Assembly: GCA_001643675.2 (NCBI GenBank)
Contig: LSRY02000047.1
Location: 558,001-622,000 of the forward strand
From: Monocercomonoides exilis PA203
Taxonomy: Eukaryota > Protista > Preaxostyla
Reading direction: 5' to 3'
DNA: 64,000 nucleotides
Shown: piece after piece, positions 25,402 to 39,400 of the stretch
Numbering within the stretch: position 1 is the stretch's first letter
Layout of the letters: the number at the start of each line of letters is the position of its first letter
Notes under the pieces: model-generated
Database searches by the model: none
What the model saw: the letters and a program-made list of their open reading frames with translations, nothing else
Told to the model about the DNA's origin: nothing
Made by a program: the position numbers and the translations under genes

Positions 25402-25842
25402 AAAACAATTAAAATGAAAAGTCTATAATCAAAGCGCCAGTTGCTGAATGAATGGAAAAATTGCAAAAGATAGAAACAGGGAAATTGCTGTTTTGATTAT
25501 GGGATTGTTGAACAAACAAATCGAACACAAAATTCCGATAAAGTCATCACCACTAATTACAATTGCGCATTACATTCCATGTCTGTATTAAGTGCTGTAT
25601 AGTGAAATTGTAAATGTGTATTAAAAAGAATGAATTTGGAAAACATTAAAAATCGATATGATATCATTAAAAAGAAAGACAAACAAAACGTTACATCCCT
25701 TGAAATTTTTAATAAAATAAAAAATAAATATAAATAAAAATTAATAAAAGACGCAAAGCACATGTATGATTCATAATTTACTCAGAATTAAAAGGAAAAA
25801 TGAATAAAAAAATATTATTTTTTTAAATTAAATTTTGTAAAG

Positions 25843-26482
25843 TTATTTTGGGGACTTAATTGGAGATGTTGGGGCAGAAGATGAACTTGTATGACTGGAA
25901 GGTCTTGTTCTCTGAGGAGAAGAGGAAGCAGAAACAGAAGAGGAAGAGGAAGAAGAGGAAGAAGAGATATTTGGAGAACGAAGAGCTTGTTTCGCTAATG
26001 GATTGCTATAAGAAGAAGATAAACCGAAAGAATGAGAAGAGGAAGAAGAGGAAGAAGAAGAAGAAATAGAAGAATTTTGTGTTTGTTGTTTGACAATCAG
26101 CCGCTTTGGTTTTGGAGAAGAAGGACGAAGAAGGCCACGAGGAGATTGTTTCATTGGCTTTTCTGTTGCTTTGCTGCGAGAAAGAGAAGAGGAGGAGGAA
26201 GAGGAGGAGGAAGAAGAAGAAGACAATGATTGAGTGTTTAGCTTGTTGATGGAGATGCGAGGGACAGAAGGAGAAGGAATAATAAGATTTTGAGAGGAAA
26301 GAGCAGAAGGAAGAGAATGATGAGGGACTGTGAATGAATTAGCATGTCTGAGGAGACGATGAGGATGAGAAGAAGAAGAGGAGGAGGAAGAGGAGGAGGA
26401 GGGAGAAGAAGAAGAAGAAGAAGGTGTCGTTGTTGTTGTTGAATTGGAAGAAGATGAAGAGGAAGAAGAAGAAGAAGAGAAG

Positions 26483-26513
<31 letters not shown>

Positions 26514-29500
26514 GACGAGAAGAAACCTTCGCTTTTGGATGAGGAGATAATCCAGATGATTGAGAAGAAGAAGAAGAAGAAGATAAAGTTGGAGGAGGAG
26601 AAGATTGCAAAGGAGGAACAGAAGAAGAAGAAGAAGAAGTAACTTGAGTGTTAGATGATTGAGAAGAAGAAGCTAATTTAGCAGTTGGCTGTTGAATTCT
26701 TTGAGAAGACTGCTGAGAAGAGGAAGAAGAGGAAGAAGAAGGAGAAGAGAAAGCAGCATTTATTGAGAAAGAAGAAGAGGAAGAAGAGGAAGAGGAAGAG
26801 GAGTTTGACGAACGAAGAACTAAACAAGGAGCAGATGAACGTCTTATCAGCATCTTTCCCAAAGCAGGTGGCTTAGTCTTTGATTTTGGTATGACTGGAA
26901 TGGAAGAAGAGGAAGAAGAAGAAGAGGAAGAAGAAGAAGGAGAGGAGGAAGAAGAAGAAGAGGAAGAAGAAGAGGAGGAAGAAGAAGAGGAGGAAGAAGA
27001 AGAAGGAGAGGAAGAAGAAGGAGAGGAAGAAGAAGGAGAGGAAGAAGAAGAAGAAGTTTGTTGTTGTTGTTGTTCAGATGAAACAACAGCTGGTAGCTGC
27101 AATGCCTGTGCATTTTGAGCCATCGAAAGGAAAGAGGCAGGAAAAGTGGAAGAAGAAGATGAGGAGGAGGAGGAGGAAGAGGGAGAAGAAGAAGAAGGAA
27201 AAGAAGAGAAAGAAGGAGCAGAAATAGAAGAGAGAGGAGGAGAAAGAGTAGGAGAAGAAGCTAAAGAAGGAGATGTTTGCTGATTGGAAGAGCGAGAAAT
27301 GGGAGGAGGAGAAGAGGCAGGTTTGATGATTGGACGGGATTTGCGGGTGGCGCTGTTAAGAGAAGAGGAAGAAGAAGAAGTAGAAGAAGAGGAGGAAGAG
27401 AAGGAGGAAGAGGAAGAGGAAGAAGATGTATGAGAAGAGGGCCTTTGAAGAGATTTTGGAATTGCCAGTAGAGATGAGGATGATGATGTTGTTGAAGATG
27501 TTGAAGAAGTCACAGAAGAAGATGAGGATGAAGAGGAGGTAGAGGAAGATGATGAAGAAGGAGGAGGAGAAGTATTAATCGAAGAAGAAGGCAGAGAATA
27601 CTGCGAAGACGAAGAAGAAGTTGAATTCGATCTCGAAAATGCCTTTTTATTGTCTTGTCTGTTTTGTACGTTTCCTTTCTCTCCTCTTCCATCTCTTCCA
27701 TCTTTCCCATTTTCCTCGTTTGTTCCTTCGCTTTCATCACTTTCGCTGTCTAAATCAACATCTTCTTCATTCAACAGCATCAGTTCGTCTTCTTCTTGCT
27801 CGTCTTCGCTGAAGTGGAAGTCTAATTCATTGTCTGGGAAGAGAGAAGAGACAGGAAGAGAAGCATTCAGAATGGATGGTTTTGTGGATGAAGAGTCGGT
27901 TGATGAGGAAGAAGAGGAAGAAGAGGAAGAAGAGGAAGAAGAGGAAGAAGAGGAAGAAGAGGAAGAAGATGTTAATGAATTTGCCATAGAAGATGTTTTT
28001 GGAGGAGAAGAAGGTGAATATTGTGATGAATGCTTAGCAATTTCGTTCTTCATCAGATCAGCAATATCAGCTGCAAGTGAATGGAGGAGGTGAAGAGAAG
28101 AATAAGTGGAGAGAGAAGAAAGAGAAGAGAAAGAAGAAGAGGAAGACAAAGTTGGTTGGCCAAGCGAAGGAGAAGTTGAAGGGGAAGAAGAAGAAGAAGA
28201 ATTTGATGAAAGAAGAGGAGAAGAAGAAAATGATGATGATGATGAAATATTTGAACAAGAACTGGAAATGTCGTTTTTGATCTTCAGAATCATCCTCAAA
28301 ACTTGATAATTCTGCAAAATTTGGTTTCTTTGCTTCTTCTTCACCATCAGCAGCGCCTTCTTCCTTCTTATTTCATCTCTCCTTCTCTTCCTCTCTCTTC
28401 TTTCTTCTGAACTATCTCGATTTCCTTCTCTCTTCTCTCTTTCCTTTTCTTTTTCTCTTTCTCTTTCCTTCTCCTTCTCCTTCTCTCTCTCTCTCTCTCT
28501 CCTCCAATCAGCCACACTTGTCACTCCATCTCCCTTAAAAAATGACTCAAAAAGAGCATCTTCTTTCTTCTTCATCATCTTCTTCTTCGTCTCTTCGCTC
28601 TCTTTCCTCTTCCTCCTCTTCGATGGAGATATCATCATTTGCTGATTGCGAAGCGTGTGTTGATACAAAAGCAACAGCCATTCAACAACTGGAAGAGAAA
28701 TCACTGGGACAAATGTGTTGGATGAAAAGGAAGAGGAAGAGGAGGAAGAGGAAGAAGATGATGATGATATTGGTCGAACAGATAATAAAGAAGCAGAAGA
28801 AGACGACGAAGAAGAATTAGAAGAATTAGAAGGAGATGAGCCATTAGAAGGCTGGAATGAAATGCAGGCAGAGAGAAGCAGTCTCAAAGAAGGGAAAGAC
28901 AAAGAAGGTGGCTTCATTGGTGGCTCAAGATCAAAATATGAACCATAAGGCGAGGAAGAAGAAGAGGAAGAGGAAGATGGAGAAGTCGAAGAAGAAGGCG
29001 AAAGACTGCCAGAGCCAGTTGTGTTGAATGAGCCAAAAGCAGATGGAGAGAAAGACGAGGAAAGCGAAGCAAAAGACGAAAGGGGATTCTGAAATGGGGT
29101 GTTTGCAGGCGCAAAAGGAGAAGTCATCGACTGAGAAGAAGAGGAAGAAGAAGAGCCCATAGAAAGAGAGACTCCGGTGGGAGAGAGGCAGTTATAGTTG
29201 TATGAGCTGCCAGAAAAGGGAGAAAATGAAAAAGACGAAATTCCGGCTGACATCAGGTTTGATGCAGAAGTCGAAGAACGTCCCATGTTTTGCCTCAGAA
29301 ACGTGAGGCAAGGAAGAGATCTGAATCTCGAGTTGCCTTCTCCTCGGTGCAGAATACTCCGACTCAACGCGGTTCCACTTTTGGCTTTGGACGCTGGCGT
29401 TTTAAGCTTCCTCTTTTCCTGTGGGCTTGAAGAATTGGCATATGAAGTTGGAGTTATAAGAGAAACCCGAACAGGAGTTTTTGGAATTGGCGGAGTTGGA

Positions 29501-30105
29501 AGAACTTGTAAAGCACGATTGAAATGAGTATTACGAAGAACAAGCTCTTCTTCATATAATTGAGGAGTCAACGTTGTTGGACTAATCAAAGACTCATGAG
29601 CAAAGAGTTGTCTTTCAAAAGAAGTTCTCATTCTGGCACGACGTGTAAATGATACAACCTCAATTGCAAATTGAGCGGGCCAATGAAATTTTCTCATCAA
29701 ATAGGCTGCTGCAACGAATAGACAGCGAGAGCGCCCTTGAACGGAATGAATCAAAACTGAACCTCCTTCTTCGCTTGCTTCTTCAATAAATTCATAAAGG
29801 CTGTTAACGTTATGTCCATCTTGATCAAAAAATAAGGCGGAATCTTTGTCAACAAGGTAATATGTTAAATATTGAATGCCAATAGAAGTGAAGCGATTCG
29901 AATACTCGCTTCCAACACAATTCACCACATGAGTTATCCTGTTTGAGGTCAGAAACTTATATTCAAAGATCATATAAAAATTAAAAAATAAAATAAAATT
30001 TCAAACCTCTTCGCTTTGCGCTGCTTCAATCATTCCAATCATGATGTTCTCGGTCAACCTATTCACAACAGGTAACTCAGGATTATTTTCATCAAAAGAG
30101 AACAT
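25843..30105 (-). CDS. Dual-specificity phosphatase-like protein with catalytic Cys replaced by Ser and a long Ser-rich tail (2 exons, about 1,403 aa)
   Basis: Exon 1 is 30105-30007, the intron is 30006-29956 (51 nt) and exon 2 is 29955-25843. DSP fold motifs are ITHVVNC, FIEEA, VLIHSVQGRSR, AAAYLM and FERQL. Confidence 0.88.
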
Positions 30106-30452
30106 TTTTGTATCTATAAATGAGCTGCAGTATTAAAAAATATTTCTGTCTTAAAATTTTCGGAAAACTGACAGAAAAAATAAATAAATTTTCTATTGAA
30201 AAAACAAAATTTTATATAAAGGGTTTTAAGGAAATAAAATATTAATTTTTGAAAAAACATGCGATATTTGCAAATCTATCATTAACAAAATGTTTTGCTT
30301 ATAAATTCATTATGAGTGCAGTTTCAAATTTACTCTTTTATTGAAGAATGTTGAAATGGAAAAATTCTTAATTCTTAAACAATTATCAAAAATAAAACTT
30401 GCACAAAATTTTAAAAAATGTACATAAACAAAAATCAAAATTAGTATTTGTT

Positions 30453-33400
30453 TTAATCCTCATCGTTGTAATCGTCCTCCTCATCAAACCCAAATTTCAC
30501 GTTCCCCGATATTCCATAAGCAGGTCTTGCAGCAGGAACCGCTCTAATTGGCTGTCTGTTTGCCATTTTATTGCGATTGGCAGAAGTAAAAGCTCCAAAA
30601 GGAGAAGGCGAGTTTGTGCGGAACGGAGACGGTGAACGTGAGTGCGACAGTGAACCGGAACGTGAACGGGGCTGTGAATTTAACTGTGGCTGTGCAATAG
30701 AACGAGAAATGGAGCCTTGTTGAGAAGAAGAAAGTGCTCCTGGGAAAGGCGAGCCTCTGGCGCTTGTGCGTGTTTGGAACGGGGCTTCTCCTTCGTCTTC
30801 ATAGAAATCTTCTGTGCGACCAGCGAATTGAGATTCTTTCGTTTGACTTTTGCGAATATTCTTCAAAAAATCATCGAAGCTGTCTTCTTCTTCCTCCTCC
30901 TCTTCTTCTTCCTCTTCTTCTTCTTCTTCGCCCTCTCCTCCTTCGTCTTCGTCACTTTTTCGTTCTGTTTGATGAGCTTCCAAATTATTTCCCTTTTTTG
31001 CAGAAGTTTGCTGACCTTTCCAATTCTCTCTGTCATTACTTCTTTCTATCTCATAATCTCTTTCTTCATCTTCATTTTGTTTTTGCATGTTTTCATTTCT
31101 CACTTCTCCTCCTCCTTCTTCTTCTTCCTCATCTTCTTCATCCCAATCCATATCGAACTTCACATTGCTTCCAATCAAAGCAGACTGAGATACAGTTTTA
31201 ACTTCTGCTTTTTTCGCATTTTTGTTTCCGGATTTATCAGATTTGTTGGTTGCTTCTTCATTTCTTTCATCATTTTTGTAATTGTCATTGAAATCTTCAT
31301 CCTCAAATTCATCATCTTCATATCTAGGCGATGTTTCTTCATATGAGCTTTCTCCTTTGCTCTTCTCTTCAGAATTGGAAGTTCTATTTGATTGCGCTTC
31401 AGATGCTTTGGAACCAACTTGCTTGCCATTACTTTGACTTTCGTGATTATCCTCGTCTTCTCCTTCTTCATCATCCCATTCTCCGCTGTACTCATCAATT
31501 CTGTTTGTCGCACTCTTCTCTTTCTCTTTCTCCTTCTCCTCTTTGTCTTCATCCTCAAATGTGTCCCATTGATCATCTGAATAGCTTTCGTTGCGTGGAA
31601 GTTCTCTTTTCGATTGGATTGTTGACTTCAACATCGACTCGTCCACAAAACTGCCTTCTTGTTCGTTTTCGTTGTCTTGCCATTCGCTGTCTACTCCATC
31701 GCCTTCTTCTTCTTCTTTCCTCTTTCCTCCATTTTGTTTTCCTCCATTTGCTTTCATCGTTTCTGATGCTTTATCTTCATCCTGACTGTCTCTAAAGCTA
31801 TCAAATGCATCATTTTCATATCCTTCTCCCACACTTGGCAATGAAGATCTGGTTGTGTTGAGTGTTTGTGCCTTTTGCTGTTCAGCACGTGAAGATGAAT
31901 GAGGGGAATGAGGAGGAGGAGAAGAAGAACCAGAAATATTTGTAAGATGAGGAACAGATGTTGTTTCACCTGAATGAAGCAGTCTGTTTGAATGTGACTT
32001 TTGAACATCATCCAAAAACGCCTTTTCAATCTCTCTTTGCTTGCTCCATTCTTTCTCTCTCTCTTCTTTCCTCTTCATTTCATCCTCTTTCCTTGCTTTC
32101 CCCAACATCACATCCATCTTCCTCGCCAGTTCCTCTCCTCCCAGCGCAACCAGAACCAATCTGTCGACTTCTTCTCTTTCCTTCTCAATCTCCTTCCATT
32201 CTCTTTCTTCCATTTCTCGTTGCTCTGCCGCCGCAAGCAACGCGATCGCCATCTCCCTTCGCTTTGCCAGCACAGTCCTCTCAATCGCACGCTCTTCAGA
32301 AAGAGAGAGAAACACAGAGGAATTTGCAGCAGAGGAAGAAGAAGGATTGACAGAAGAAGAAGCAGAAGCAGAGGCAGATGAAGAAGAAGAATAAGAATAA
32401 GTTCCAGTTGGAAAGACTGAACCAACTTCTGATTTTGTTCCTTTCATCGATTTATCTGCTGAACTTCGAGTGGTTTTCATTGTGTTGGATTTTTCATCGT
32501 CAAATGTCTCAAAATCATCTACGTATTCTTCATAATTCGCTTCGTTTTCCTCTTCTTTTCCATCTTTTGCATCTGCCTCCTCTTTCTCTTTCTCTTTCTC
32601 TTTCTTCCCAGCTCTTTCCTCCACCAATCTCTTCAGTTCCTCCTCTCCTTTCATCTTCTCCTGGTCCAGCCGTCTTATCTCGCTTATACTCGCAACAGGA
32701 AACTGCGAATTCTTCAGCGCCGAATTCAAGTCATTTCGCATCGCATTCAACACTTCGTCCATTCTGCTTGCTTCTTTCGCTCTCAGCGTCACTTTCTCTC
32801 TGAGTTGTGTCTCTCTCTCCAGAAGAGACGAGAGAATGGGGTCAGCAGAAATACGCCTGGTCAGCTCAGCGGAAAGGGAAGAAGAAAGAAATAGAGGAGA
32901 TGAAGATGAAGAGGAAGTGGAAGTGGAAGAAGGGAAAGAATATGAAGAAGACGAAGAAGATGATGAAGAAGATGACCAAATAGGCAATGAATTGGATGAG
33001 GAAGGAGGAGGAAGAGGAGGCAATGAAGAGGCATGCGATGAAGAAGGAAGAGAAAAAGAAGAAGAAGAGGTTGAATTTGTAGGAGTTTCAGAACGAGGCG
33101 TGAGAAGAGTGGGAGAAGGAGGAGAAGAAGCAGATGGCGTAAGAGTAGTAGTAGTAGAAGAAGAAGAAGAAGATGATGATGATGATGATGAATAAGGAGA
33201 CCATCTTTTCTTCGGAATGTTATAAGGAGACGGAGAAATTGTGACAAAAGGAAGAATTTTCAATGCATCAGATGGAGAAATAGTAAAAGAAGTGGAAGAA
33301 GAGGAAGTGGAAGAAGAAGATGATGATGATGACGATGATGGAAGAGGAGAAGATTTGGCAGAACGAGTTGAATATTTCATTCTTCCTAAATTTGACAGCT

Positions 33401-36400
33401 CGTTTCTGTCAAAAATATTCCCTCCTCCAGAAAGCACATTCAATAGCTGAGCATCGTTCAAAGGAGATAACCGAGAAGAATATGAAGAAGAAGAAGAAGA
33501 ATTCGGAACTTCGACTTTAACTGTTTTCGAGCCATTTCTGCTTTTCTCTTTATTTTTCTCTTTCTCTTTCTCTTTCTCCTTTGAGTTTTCATCAAATTCT
33601 TTGTTCAGTTTCTCCATCACCTTACTGTATCCATCTTTTCCCTTTCCTTCTCCTTCTTTTCCTTTTTCCTCTTCTTTTTCCTCTTCAATCGTAAAATTCG
33701 GACCAAACAGCGGTTTATCTCTGAAGTCTTTGGATTTCAGCTCTTCAAGTGACATCTTTCTAAGTTGATCTAAAGAAGGCAGATAATTCATACGCACAAT
33801 CAGTCGGCGATGTTGAGGATCAGACGAAGAATTAGAAGAGGAGGAGGAAGAAGAAGAAGACAAGGAAGTGGTTGATGATGTCATTGTTGAAGGTGTTTGA
33901 GGCAGAGCAGGCTGAGAAACAAGAAGAGGATTTGCTGGAGCTTCTTGTTTATGCACAGTTTCTTCTTCCTTTTGTGTTTCTTCATCTTTCTTTTCTTTAA
34001 TATCATCATCAGCATCATCATATTCCATATCCCCCACAAATGAAGGCGTGGAAATATCATCATATTCATCGTCATTCGTTGACTCTCCTGTTTGTGTCTC
34101 TTCCGTTTTCTGCTCAATTTTCTCTTTTTCTGTTTGAACTGATTGTTCTGATCGCGTTTTTGCCTTCTCTTTCTTCTTTCTTCTCTTTCTTCTTTCTTCT
34201 CTTTTCCTCTTCAGTTCATTTTTCTTCTTTCTCTCTGCTTTCTTTCTTTTCGCCTCTTCTTCTCTTTCTTTCTTTCTCCAATCAACTTCAAATTGAAGCC
34301 CTGTTTCCTGCAAATATTCATCTCCATTCAGCAACAAATCTTCATCTTCCTCTTCTCTTCTTCTGTTTCTTTCTCTTTCTTCTTCTTTCCTCCTCTCTTC
34401 ATTTACAAATTCAGTCATATATTTGTCAAAGAGCGTATCTGCTGCTGCCCCGCTGTTTCCTTTCAGCGCTTCTCTTTCTGCTTTCAGCAGCCTTTCTTCT
34501 TCTTCTTTGTGCATTTTCTTCAAAATACTCTTCACTTCTCTTCCTTTCGTATGGAACAGCTTGATGTCTTCATCCTCTTCTTCTTCTTCATTGTCATCAT
34601 CATCTTCTTCTTCTTTAATTTTGTCTTCATTTTCTTCTTTCTTCTTCTTCTTTGGACTTTGTTTGTTTTTCTCCCTTTCTGCTTTTTCTGATCGAGCAGC
34701 TGAAAGCAAAGGCAAAGGAAGAGTATCACTTTTAACAGGCTGTCCAAACAAGACAAGAGAAGAACCTTCTTTCTCTTTCAAATGTTTGCTTTCATTTCCA
34801 TTTTCATCTTTTTCTCTTTCTTCTTCTCTTTCTCTCTTATTTTGTCTCATCTCTTCGACTGGAAGTTGTTCTGAATCAAGAGAATATGATGGAGATACTC
34901 CAAAATACAAAGAAGAAGAAGATGATGATGATGAAGTTGATGAAGTTGATGAAGAGGAAGAGGAATCCAATGGAAACGAAGAAGGCTGCGAATGCTCAAC
35001 AACCACAGGAAATGAATGAGAAATCAGAATCTTCGAAAAAGCAGAGGGTGTTTGTGGAGAAGAGCTGCGATGGCGAAGTGAACGAGCGGGAGATCTTGAA
35101 GCAGACGATGATAGAGAGTAAGAAGATGAGGAAGAAGATGAGGAAGAAGAAGATGAGGATGAGGATGAGGATGATGAAGCAGAAGAAGTTGAGGAAGAAG
35201 AAGCACTTCGAGAACTAGAAGACGAGCCAAAATGAGAAGATGAAGAAGTTTGCTTTGTTTTTCTTCCTCTTTGAAGATGGAAAGAAGGAGAAAGAGATGA
35301 ATTTTCTGTTGATTTTGTATCATTTTTATTTCTTTTTGTAGCCTTTTTCTTTTCCTTTGTTGTGCTGTTTTCGCATTCGTCAGCCTTCTTTGTCGTTTTC
35401 TTCTGCTTCTTCTTCACTTGTTGCTCTTTCAATCTAAATGGACTTGCAGATTGATCGTTCATTCTATTTGGAGAATTAGAAATGCTATTTTGTGAAATAT
35501 TTTTGCTATTTTTCCTTTTTGATGGACTTTTTGATGACTTCTTATTTTTACTCTCTTTTTGAATTTTATTCTTTTTGCTCGGTGAAACTGATTTTGAAGA
35601 AGCAGAATGCTTTTTTGAAGGAGAAGCAGAAGAAAGTTTTAAATCCATCTTTCCTTTTCTTTCTGCCAAATGCAATGGATCTGGTGAGAAAGAGACAGAT
35701 TTGTGTCTCTTTTGAGATTGTGGCTGAGAATAAGTAGATTTGCTTGGCGATTGCGATAAATATCCTTTTCTATCATTTTTCTCTTCATTTTCTCTTTCGC
35801 TTCTTTCTTTTTCGCTCATTTTGAGTTTGTTCATTTCTGCTCCACTTAAAGAGGCTGTTAATGTTGATGGCTTCATCCTTCCTTCTGAATCAGGAGAAAC
35901 AAACTCTTCTTTCCCTTTTTTCAATTTCTTCTCATCATTTTCTGCTTTTTTTGTTTTCTTCGCTTTTCTGTCTGATTGTTGCGACTGTCGAAGAAGCTTC
36001 ATAATTCCCAAATATGTCTTTGAATTTCTATTTGATTCAATATTTTTCTCATTTTCTGCTAATTTTTGTTTCTTTTTTGTCAAATTCTTTTCTTTTTCTT
36101 TCTCTCTTTCTTTCTCCTTCTCTTTCTCTTTCTCTTTTCCTGCTTCAATTTCTGCAATTTTCTCCAGCAAACTCTGAAGCGATGACTTTCTCAGTGCATT
36201 TTGTGTTATTTGCTGTGTGTTTGTATCAGGATGACTCTGAATAGGATAAGGTATTAATGAAGAAGGAGAAGAAGGAGAAGGAGAAGAAGAAGAAGAGGTG
36301 GAAAAGGAAGAAGATGTGGAAGATGTTGATGAAGAAGGTGCAAGAGAAGACATTGAATGAAGTGGAGGTGATAGAACAGAAGGTACTTCAGATGAAGTTG

Positions 36401-39400
36401 TTGGATGAGTATTTTGAGAGATTGAGCTTTGTTCAATGGAAATTGAAGGTAAAAGAGAAGAAGAAGAAGTTTTTGGCTGGTTAACATCATTCTTCTCTAT
36501 TTCGGGTGTTTTTATCGCCTTTTCACCTTCAGAAGGTGCAGATGAGATATTATCATCCTTATTTGTCTCTTCTTTCTTGAAATCCTCAGAGATTGATAAG
36601 TTTCCTTCATCTTGCTGTTGTTTTTGCTTTCTTGCTTTCTTTTTCTTCTTTTTCTTTTTCTTTTCAGACTGAATTTCATCTAATTCTGTTTCTTTCAAAT
36701 CGATGTCTTTCTCTTTCTCTTTCTTCACCATTTTCTTCTTCTTTTTCTTCTTCTTTTCTCCTTTTCCTCCTTTTCCTCCTTTTCCTCCTTTCTCGTTCTT
36801 CTTTCTTGTCTCATTCTCCTTCTTCCCTTCGATCTGTGATATCAGTTTATTCAATGTGCTCAAAGACAAAAAGAGAGAAGAATCATTCAAAGAACTGTAT
36901 TCAGATAGCTGTGATGCAAAAGAAGACAGAAGAGAAGATTGTTTAGTATCTGCCAATAAAGAAGAAGAAGAAGAAGAACTTAGCAATGAAGAGGAAGAGA
37001 AGGAAGAAGAAGGAGAGGAAGAAGATAAAGACAAATGAGAAGACAACTCAGAAGTGCTTAAAAGATGAGAAGTGAATGACAAATCGGTTGCTTCTCCAGT
37101 TTTGTGTGTGTCATTCATTTCGTCAAAGAAATATGCTTTTTGCTTGAAGGGCGTTGAACTTTCAATAAAACTGTCAAATTTGTCTGGTTTTTCGTCTTTT
37201 GATGTAATTTTTGTGAATCTTCTTTTTGTTGGAGTGATTGAAGGAGGAGATTGGGGTGGGGATAAATGAGATGAAATAGAAGAAGATGAGGAGGAGGAGG
37301 AGGAGGATGTTGAAGATAAAGATGATGATAAAGAGGCAGAAGACAAGATAGATTCAGAAGAAACAGAATTATCAGATAGCAAAGTCGATGAATCCTCCAT
37401 CGCTTTTGTGTTTGATGCATCCAAAGACAACAAAAGTGATTTGTTGGTTCTTTCAAGCTGAGTCTCGTTGCCAGAAAGAGAAGAAGAATTCAAAGAATTG
37501 CTAAGTTTTTTTGCCTTTGATGAAATGTGTGGAGGACGAGAAGAGCTCAAAAGAGACGATTTCAACGACTGAATTGTTGACTCAAGTTCAAAAAGAGCAC
37601 TTTTGGAATCAGCAGATGAAAAAGAAGGAGACAAAGAAGACGATGAAGATAACGTCGATGAAGATGAAGATGACAATGAAGATGACAAAACCGAAGATTT
37701 CTCACTGAAAACAGGAGATTTCGTATCTTCGTGGGTGTGTCTGGTGAAATGAGGGGAAGGATAAGAAGAGCGAACAGAGTGAGAAGCAGGTAAATGAGGC
37801 TGAAATGGCATTCGATCCGAGTTTGAGTGAAGAGACGCTGTGGGATGTGGATAGCTGCCTCCAGAAACAGCATCATTGAGAGTGATGGAAGAGCCTTGTG
37901 GAAGAGTAGAATATGGCAAAGCAGGTTGGAATGGAGCGGTTTGTGTGTTTGTCTGTGCAAATGAAGGGGAATACTGAAGAGGCAAAGTGGAAGTAGATGG
38001 AGCATAAGCAGAAGTTGCAGAAGAAGAAGGAGAAGGATAAGATGAAGGATAAGATGAAGAATAAGAAGAAGGAGGAGGAATCATTGCAGAAGAAGGCAAA
38101 TAATACCCGTTTTGATAAGAAGGATTTGCTTGTATTGAAAGTTGAGGATATTGAAATGGCTGTGAAGTGCTGTTGAAGTGTTGTGGTTGATTCTGAATGT
38201 GCTGATACGAATAGGAAGGCGTGCTTGGATAGCCAAAAGGAGAAGGCAAAGAAGCAGATGACGTTGACGAATAAGGCAGAGACGAGAAAAAAGGCGAAAT
38301 TGGAGGAGGATGAGATGGAAATGAAGCTGTTGAAGTGGAAGAGATAGTTGAAGAAGAAGAAGAGGAAGATGAAGAAGTTGATGGTGGAGGTGGAGGCGGT
38401 GGAGGAAGAGGAAGAGAAGCATTATTGAAATGAGTCTTATTTGATTGGTTTCCTGTTGCAATAGAATTATCTGTTGAAGCGCTCGAATGCTTGTGAGATG
38501 GACGCCTTTGCGATTTTTTTGTGCTTCTTTTGCTTTCAGAAGATGATGGTGAAGAGGAAGAAGAAGCAGCAGAAGAAGAAGAAGATCTTGATCTTGATCT
38601 CAAAGAATCAGATGAAGGAGAAAAAGAAGGAGATGAATTAGAAGTGTGCTTTTTCTTTCTGCCTTCATGAAAGCGAGGGTTGTAGCGTTCAGATTGCTGG
38701 GCGGCATTTGGCGAATGAGAAGAATCGTCTGATTGTTCATGAAGGCTGTGACTGTGACGATGTTGACTTAATCGCTTCTTTTCGTTGTTTTGTTTGAGTT
38801 CATGTTCAAATGTTTCCCTTTTTGTACTGTCTTCAATAGTTTTAGTCGTTGTACCCTCATTGTTTTGCAAATAATCTCTCTTATAATTATCATTGTTCTC
38901 GTTTTCTTCACAATATTCATCTTTTCCTTTATTGCTTCTGTTTTCTGATTTGTGAATTTCATGATTTTTTTCTTTTTCCAATTTTCCCACCATCTGACTG
39001 TTCTTGCTTGAAGCTCTAACTTCTTCGTTAATAGTTGATGGAAGCGATGGAGAAAGAAGAACATCATCATAAGCTATGTCATTTTCAATCCCTTCAATTG
39101 GAGATTTAAAGGTTCTTTTCTCCTCTTTCGCGCTTTGAGAATTATCTTCATAAACACTACCTTCATCGCCAATCTTTGAAGCGTTTTGTGCAATATCTTT
39201 TTCATCATTCAAATAATCATTACTTTGGAAGATTGTTGATTCATGGACTTCTTCTTGTTCTGCATCTAAATGTGGTGTGTTTACTGATTTGTGCTCATTT
39301 ATAAGTACATAATTCATAGACAATAATGGCAAACCGTTGTATGCGCTCAACGCGGTATCTGTAAGTTGAAAAATATCAGTATCCTTTAAAGAATGATAAC

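Noticed and set aside
21047-39070. Dozens of short overlapping ORFs inside the three large minus-strand genes
   Set aside because: They are by-products of triplet low-complexity sequence.
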